64,000 nt of DNA, taken from positions 1 through 64,000 of the forward strand of contig JBDKFG010000012.1 of the NCBI GenBank assembly GCA_039798785.1. Reading direction: 5' to 3'. The DNA is from Verrucomicrobiota bacterium (GTDB lineage: Bacteria > Verrucomicrobiota > Lentisphaeria > Lentisphaerales > Lentisphaeraceae). How positions within the stretch are numbered: position 1 is the first letter of the stretch; each line of letters opens with the position of its first letter. The translations under genes and the position numbers were made by a program. Below, in pieces: positions 58,410-64,000 of the stretch. The notes below the pieces were generated by a model. That model made no database searches and had not been told where the DNA came from. It saw nothing but the letters and a program-made list of their open reading frames with translations.

Positions 58410-59435
58410 TCAAAGAATCAACATGCAGTCGCCGTAGGAATAGAACCGCATCTTTTCCCTGACCGCGCAGCGGTAGGCCTCGAGGACCAGCTCGCGAGGC
58501 GCAAAGCAGCTGACCAGCATCATCAAGGTGGAGCGGGGCAGGTGGAAGTTGGTGAGGAGCCGGTCAACCACGGCGGGACGGCGCGGAGGATGCATGAAGA
58601 TCGCGGTGCGCCCTGCGCCGGGCCTCAGGAAACACTCGGGATCGGCACAGGTCTCGAGAGTGCGCACGCTGGTAGTCCCCACCGCCGTGATCCTGCCGCC
58701 GGCCTGATGGGTGCGCCGCAGAGATGCCGCCACCTCCGGAGCCAGCTCGAAGATCTCCTCGTGCATGCGATGATCACGAACATCCTCCACCGCCACCGGC
58801 AGGAAGGTGCCGGGACCGACATGCAGGGTGACGCGATGCTGCTCGATCCCCGACGCGCTCAGGCCGGCCAGCATCTCCGGAGTGAAATGCAGTCCTGCAG
58901 TGGGCGCGGCAATGGCGCCGGGACGGCTGGCGAACACCGTCTGATAGCGCTCCCTGTCGCTGACATCAGCTTCGCGGTTCATGTAAGGAGGCAGAGGGAT
59001 CTGGCCGAGACGATCGAGCAAGGCGAGGACCTCCGCAGTGTCGAAATCGATTTCCGCCTGGCCGTCGTCACGGCGGGCGGCGATCCGAACGGGGCTGCCA
59101 TCGGCAAGTTTCAGAGCCGTCCCAGGAGGCAGCCGCCGGCCAGGCTTGACGAAAGCGAGCCATCGGCCGGGGCGAAGTTCTTCGACAAGGAGCATCTCGG
59201 CTCGTCCGCCGCTGCCCTCCTTGCGGCCGAAAAGCCGGGCCGGGATGACCCGAGTATCGTTCATCACCAAGGCGTCGCCGGCTTTGAAATACTCGGGGAA
59301 ATCGCGGAAGGAGCGGATCTCGAAAGTCCCTGAGCGGGGATCGAGAACCATCATCCGCGACTCGTCGCGTCGCTGCGCCGGCCGTGAAGCGATCAAATCC
59401 TCCGGCAGCTCGAAATCAAAATCGGAGACCTTCAC
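58410..59435 (-). CDS. queA: S-adenosylmethionine:tRNA ribosyltransferase-isomerase
   Basis: 'DFDFELP..LIA', 'NDTRVIPARL', 'PLPPY', 'YQTV', 'AAPTAGLHF', 'TNFHLP.STL', 'YSYGD'. GTG start overlaps the upstream stop. Confidence 0.95.
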   Translation of the reverse strand: MKVSDFDFELPEDLIASRPAQRRDESRMMVLDPRSGTFEIRSFRDFPEYFKAGDALVMNDTRVIPARLFGRKEGSGGRAEMLLVEELRPGRWLAFVKPGRRLPPGTALKLADGSPVRIAARRDDGQAEIDFDTAEVLALLDRLGQIPLPPYMNREADVSDRERYQTVFASRPGAIAAPTAGLHFTPEMLAGLSASGIEQHRVTLHVGPGTFLPVAVEDVRDHRMHEEIFELAPEVAASLRRTHQAGGRITAVGTTSVRTLETCADPECFLRPGAGRTAIFMHPPRRPAVVDRLLTNFHLPRSTLMMLVSCFAPRELVLEAYRCAVREKMRFYSYGDCMLIL

Positions 59436-61435
59436 CCTTTCGCCCCCTCGCTCCCGGCCGGTGCGGCGGCTTCGTCCTTGACCGGAGGCAGGACGCGCTG
59501 CAGCCACTCGGAATAAGAGGCCGGGCAGCCTGAAGCGCTGATCTTGTCGGCGGCGGAGCGGGCCAGGTCGGTCTGGCCAAAGAGGCTGAAGAGCATCGGC
59601 AGATAGCGGTGGAAGGCACCCTTGCCGTCGACGCCGCGGGCGAGAGCCTGTCCGACAGGAGCGAACTCGCGGTGGATGGGGCCGCCGCCGCCGCGCTCGA
59701 GCGCGCAAGCCGCGAGAAACTGGATCCGAGGCATGTCGGCCTTGAGGCGGAGAGCGAAATCGGCGAACCATGCGAGGGATTCGCGGTCGCCCCAGCGCAG
59801 CTCCGCAGGCACAGCGCCGATTCGACCGAGGAAGAGAGTGAGAAGCTGCGAGCAGCCGCTCAGATAAGCCTCGGCGAGCTGCGCCGGGGGCGGCTCGGGA
59901 TAGAGTACCGGCACGTTCGAGGCAGTGAACTGCCGGGCCAGATCCTCGGCCATTTCGCCGACGCTTTGGCCCAGTTTGGCCCGGAGGCCGGACTTGTGGA
60001 GAGTCCGAACCTCCTTCAACGTAGAGCTCTCAAAGACCCGAAGACGCAGCTCGAATCCTTCCCCTTGGCGACAAATGAAGCCGCTGACCAGGAATTCCGG
60101 CTTGAATTCAGAATCCATCGCAACGATCTCTTTCAATCGTTTCGGCTCCCACTCCTGGCCGTGGACCAGGGGGCCGCCGCCCCGGACCACCGGGATCAGC
60201 ACCGAAGTCTCAATCGCCGGCACGGTACCGAGCAGCTCCGCCAGGAAGGCAGGGATGGCGCGGGTGAATCGCGACATGTCTTCGCCGGCCTTGGTGACAT
60301 CGGCGATGGTGACGAAAGCGACGCGGCGAGGAGCGGCGGGGCGCTCCGGCAACATCCAGTTCGGCTCATTGAGGGCGTGCCACCACACCGGCTTGCTGAG
60401 GCGGAGAAACTCGATCCTGTCGGGCGCGGCGCCTTTGCCTTTCCTCTGCTCAGCCTGCCACTCGCCGGCGGCATGCTGTCGCAGCTCGGCGATCTGTCCC
60501 GAGATCTGCATCAGCGGCTGCATCATCTGCGGACCGGAGCTGAGGAAGAGCTTGTGCAGCAGGTCTTCGGCCTCGTCGACCCGGCCGAGCCCGAGCAAGG
60601 CCTGGATCATGTTGCAACCGACCCAGGGACCGTGTGCCCGCGGCTGGTAGCGACGGAGACCGAGCTCGACCACTTCCTGGAGATGACCGGCACGTCCGAG
60701 GTCACCCGTCGCCATGGTCAGCGCCTCGGCATCGGTCGGCAGAAGATCGAGCCCCTTCAGCTGCAGCTGGATGGCGCTGTTCTTGTCGCCGCGGCGCAAG
60801 GCCTGCCGGGCGAGCCAGAGATGGACACGACGGGATCCTGGCAGCGCGGCGACGCGCTCAAGGACGGCCAGGCCTGCGCCGTCGCCGCCGGAAACCGCCG
60901 CCCTGCTGGATGCCCAGGTGAAGAGTCCTTCATGGTCAGGATCGAGGGCCAAGGTCTCCCAGATCAGTCGCTCGGCCTCGGCGTCCTCGTGAAGATCGTC
61001 GGCGCAGCGCGCCAGGGTGGCCATCAGGACTGCCGCCTGGGGATGGATTTCCAATCCTCTCAGGGCGTCCTGCCGCGCGCCTGCGGCGTCGCCGCAGGCG
61101 CGGCGGGCGGCACAGCCGCAGGCGATGGCCCGCAGACTGCCCGGTTCAAGCTTGAGCAAGGCCTCGGCGACCTGCCGGCCCTCCTCCGAAAATCCTTGCG
61201 ACAGGCAGTGGGAGGCAAGCTCAAGACAGCGCTCAGGATGCTCCTTGGCCGCCTCAAAGGCCTTGGGGAATGCGTCGCGACGCCAGGTCTCGCGCTCCCG
61301 AGCCCGCTGCGCCGCCTGCTGCTCGGCCGCTCCCGGCGCCGCGGCTTGGGCGGACGGAGTCTGGACAGGGGCGCTCGGCGCCGCCTCCGGCTCTTGACTG
61401 GCGGGACGGGTGAAGAACTGGCGCAGGAATTTCAT
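59432..61435 (-). CDS. Tetratricopeptide repeat protein
   Basis: Long Ala/Leu-rich helical repeats ('LKLEP', 'LEIHP', 'LALDPDH'); RBS AAGGAG. Confidence 0.75.
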   Translation of the reverse strand: MKFLRQFFTRPASQEPEAAPSAPVQTPSAQAAAPGAAEQQAAQRARERETWRRDAFPKAFEAAKEHPERCLELASHCLSQGFSEEGRQVAEALLKLEPGSLRAIACGCAARRACGDAAGARQDALRGLEIHPQAAVLMATLARCADDLHEDAEAERLIWETLALDPDHEGLFTWASSRAAVSGGDGAGLAVLERVAALPGSRRVHLWLARQALRRGDKNSAIQLQLKGLDLLPTDAEALTMATGDLGRAGHLQEVVELGLRRYQPRAHGPWVGCNMIQALLGLGRVDEAEDLLHKLFLSSGPQMMQPLMQISGQIAELRQHAAGEWQAEQRKGKGAAPDRIEFLRLSKPVWWHALNEPNWMLPERPAAPRRVAFVTIADVTKAGEDMSRFTRAIPAFLAELLGTVPAIETSVLIPVVRGGGPLVHGQEWEPKRLKEIVAMDSEFKPEFLVSGFICRQGEGFELRLRVFESSTLKEVRTLHKSGLRAKLGQSVGEMAEDLARQFTASNVPVLYPEPPPAQLAEAYLSGCSQLLTLFLGRIGAVPAELRWGDRESLAWFADFALRLKADMPRIQFLAACALERGGGGPIHREFAPVGQALARGVDGKGAFHRYLPMLFSLFGQTDLARSAADKISASGCPASYSEWLQRVLPPVKDEAAAPAGSEGAKG

Positions 61436-61531
61436 CGCGAGGGTCTCCTTGGGAAAATGCAGGCAGCAAACTAGCCCGTGCAGCAGCGAGGACAAGGCTT
61501 GCCGGGCGTTTCGATCGCCGCCGCCGGGCCG

Positions 61532-64000
61532 TCAATTGGCCTTGCCGCCTCTTCGCCTCAGCCGCGCCAGCAGGACAAAGAGCACGATCGCGATGGCGCT
61601 CAATGCAAGCAAAACCCAGGCAAGGCCGTCCTGAAGAGGATCCGGAGGCACCGGAGGCACCGGAGGCACCGGAGGAGGGAAGAAGCTCCGCAAAGCCTGC
61701 GCCGGCACCGGGACGGCAGCGGCAGTCGGCGGCGCGGATAACGCGCTGTGCTGCGGCAGGTCGACGCGTACCGGCCCCTCCCAGTCAGCGGCGAAGAGCC
61801 GGGTGCAGAGGGCCGGAGCCGTTGCAGCAGCGAGAAGCGGCGGAGCCAAGGGCGAAGAACGGAGCGGCGTGCTGCCGTCGACCGTGTACCGCGCCTCGAA
61901 GCCGGCGGGAGCCGTGACCACGAAGCCCTCGGGCCTGATGACGACCTGAGGCACCGGCTGGAGCAGCTCAAGATGGCGGATCTGGAGGGCGACGCCGCGC
62001 TCCGCCACCGCATCGTAGGCGGAACTCTGGCGCTCGGTGATTTCGCCCGGCCGGCGCTCAAGGGGGTGCCTCCTGAGCTCCTCGGCGAAGCTTTTTTCAT
62101 CGTCGCGATGGAAGACGATACGCAGGATCTTCACCAGGCGGGGCTCGAAGCCGAGACGGATGCGAGTCTCCTGGGGACCAAGACGGCGGCGGAGCAGGTC
62201 CTTCCATTCCCCGCCTTCCGCCGGCACGAGCACGGCCACTTCATCGGGGCGCCCCTGGCGCTCGCTGAATTCAAGCTCCAGTCCATCAAGCACGGCGCCG
62301 ACGTCGTTGCGGAATTCGCAGAAATGCGGGAAATAAGGAGCTTCATAGCCGCCGTCACTGAAACACAGGCTGTGGGGATCGCCGTCGATCGCGGCGGCGA
62401 GCCGGCGCAGGGCGAGCTTCTCATCCTTGTGGAAGCTGGAGGCATGGGGCGTCATCGGAGCGGCGGGAGGCAGGATCTGCAGGATCGGAGACTGGCCCAG
62501 ACTCCATCTGACGACTCCTCCGGCTTCAAGCTTCAAGGGCAGACTGACAGGCTCCGCTCCGAGACGGATATCCTGCGGCGTCGCGCCGAGACCCGCCCCC
62601 CAATCCCAGCGTCCTGCGGCGTCGCGGACCAGCGAGCCACGGGAAGTCGCGATCCGGGCGACTGCGGCCCAGCCGCGGTCCCGGGCGCCGGTGCAGGCCA
62701 GCCCTTGGCGACGTCCGCTGAGGGCGAAGAGCATGGCCGGGTTGAGGAGGCCGTCCTGGCCCATGTAAGGTGCTCCCATCGAAGGCGAGGTGTAGCGCAA
62801 TCCGTAGCCCGGCTCCCATGCGATCAGCCAATGGAAGGCGAGGCGCCCCATCACTTCCCGGTAGGCGGCGGCATCGGCGCAGGCGAGGCCGGCAAGGCCG
62901 AGGCTGCCTCCTGGCTCGCCGTAGGCGTGGGATTGACGGAACATGAAGAACCGCTTCTTCATGATCGCGAGCATCGGGCCGCGCATCTCCGGGTGTTCGT
63001 CTCGAAGGGTCAGCGCCATCAGGCTGAGACCGGTGCGGGACCAGAATTCATCACCGTCCTTGGCGCTGGCGTTGTAGCCCATCGAGCCGTTTTCGCCTTT
63101 GGCCGGATCGCCCCAGCTGTTGAGGAAATAGCTCTTTCCGGCTTCGAGGAAACGGCCCGGAACACCGCACTTCCCCGCCAAGGCCTCGCCTGCGACGACA
63201 TGGATCGCGGCTCCAATCAGTCCCTTGTTGCCGTAGGGCAGACCGGCGCCGGCGCCGTGGCCCCAGCCGTCGTGGCCCCAGATGGTGTTGTTGGTGCCGC
63301 CCGCCTGCGACTCCAGAGTCGATTCGAGCCAGCCGAGGACTTTCTTGTCGCCGCTGGCGAGGTGATATTCCGCCACCAGCATCAGGGCGAGGCCCTGCTC
63401 GAAGTAGCCGCGCCCCCGCGACGACTTCAGGCACCAGTCGACAGCGCGAGCGACGGCTGGCAGGCAGGCCGGATCGCGGCTGCCGAGAAGCGCCAGCCCC
63501 GCCAGAGGAGTCTGGATCCCGGCTGTGCCCTGCTCCGACCAGCTGCCGTCGGGCTTCTGGCGTTTCAGCAGCCAGGACTTGCAATCGCTTTCGAGCCGGT
63601 CGAGAAGCGCGTCGGCAGGCGCCGGGAAGCCAGCTGCAAAGCCGGTTCCCAAGCTGGAATCCAGCCTCACTCCGAGCCGCCGGGCCTGGCCATCGCGAAA
63701 GATCTCCAGACCGATCTCTCGGCGCCCCTGCCGCAGCGACCTCTCGCAGGCCATTCCGAGGCAGGCGAGAGGGGAATCGCTCAATCCCCGTTCGCTGCTC
63801 CCGAGTTCAATCGGCGGCAAAGCCTTGCCATCGACCCCGACGATCAGATCGCCCTCGCGCAATCCCGCCCGTGCGGCGGCGAGTCCGGGACGGACCAGGC
63901 CGGCGACCAGCACCGGATGATCCTGGAGGGCGAGAGCCTGAAAGCCTAGCAGCCCGAAATCCTGAAGATCCGGCCCGTCGACTCCGTTCTCTTTCGCCTG
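61532..64000 (-). CDS. PDZ + DUF6288-like barrel + F5/8-like + chitobiase-C-like protein with C-terminal TM anchor (5' end beyond window)
   Basis: Frame is open to the window edge. 'AARAGLREGDLIVGVDG', 'QKPDGSW', 'AGLALL', 'AEYHL', 'WGHG', 'AAIDGDP', 'RYTVDGSTP..SSP', Pro-rich linker, TM and basic tail. Confidence 0.75.
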   Translation of the reverse strand, partial: QAKENGVDGPDLQDFGLLGFQALALQDHPVLVAGLVRPGLAAARAGLREGDLIVGVDGKALPPIELGSSERGLSDSPLACLGMACERSLRQGRREIGLEIFRDGQARRLGVRLDSSLGTGFAAGFPAPADALLDRLESDCKSWLLKRQKPDGSWSEQGTAGIQTPLAGLALLGSRDPACLPAVARAVDWCLKSSRGRGYFEQGLALMLVAEYHLASGDKKVLGWLESTLESQAGGTNNTIWGHDGWGHGAGAGLPYGNKGLIGAAIHVVAGEALAGKCGVPGRFLEAGKSYFLNSWGDPAKGENGSMGYNASAKDGDEFWSRTGLSLMALTLRDEHPEMRGPMLAIMKKRFFMFRQSHAYGEPGGSLGLAGLACADAAAYREVMGRLAFHWLIAWEPGYGLRYTSPSMGAPYMGQDGLLNPAMLFALSGRRQGLACTGARDRGWAAVARIATSRGSLVRDAAGRWDWGAGLGATPQDIRLGAEPVSLPLKLEAGGVVRWSLGQSPILQILPPAAPMTPHASSFHKDEKLALRRLAAAIDGDPHSLCFSDGGYEAPYFPHFCEFRNDVGAVLDGLELEFSERQGRPDEVAVLVPAEGGEWKDLLRRRLGPQETRIRLGFEPRLVKILRIVFHRDDEKSFAEELRRHPLERRPGEITERQSSAYDAVAERGVALQIRHLELLQPVPQVVIRPEGFVVTAPAGFEARYTVDGSTPLRSSPLAPPLLAAATAPALCTRLFAADWEGPVRVDLPQHSALSAPPTAAAVPVPAQALRSFFPPPVPPVPPVPPDPLQDGLAWVLLALSAIAIVLFVLLARLRRRGGKAN

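Noticed and set aside
59436..59771. N-terminal extension of queA
   Set aside because: It overlaps the TPR gene; QueA homology starts at GTG 59435.
59609..63949. Long plus-strand ORFs 59609-61474 and 61748-63949
   Set aside because: Antisense to the TPR and DUF6288-like genes, with no recognisable motifs.

Overview
High-GC bacterial chromosomal window. The gene content points to the PVC superphylum, most likely Lentisphaerota (inference): Gly-less 'FTLIELL' prepilins, DUF6288-like proteins, a sulfatase, a GH29, an ECF sigma paired with a Ser/Thr kinase, and an Amuc_1098-1102-like locus. The window appears to start at the 5' tip of a minus-strand 16S rRNA gene with an rrn-type promoter. Housekeeping genes include purC, an orphan divergent fusA, fabI, guaB, maf, a pabB-pabC fusion and queA. 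The most unusual element is a minus-strand type IV pilus-like operon (48.1-34.8 kb) with THREE tandem paralogous secretins. It ends in a membrane-anchored disordered protein built from T-x-x-hydrophobic (FHA-ligand-like) repeats. Nearby are a stand-alone secretin N-domain protein, two short pilins and an FHA-GAF histidine kinase. A second notable element is a conserved GTCAAA-N15-(G/T)CAT(A/C)C motif upstream of three genes beside the kinase/ECF pair, a candidate ECF regulon. Family assignments come from motif recognition only; no database searches were run.
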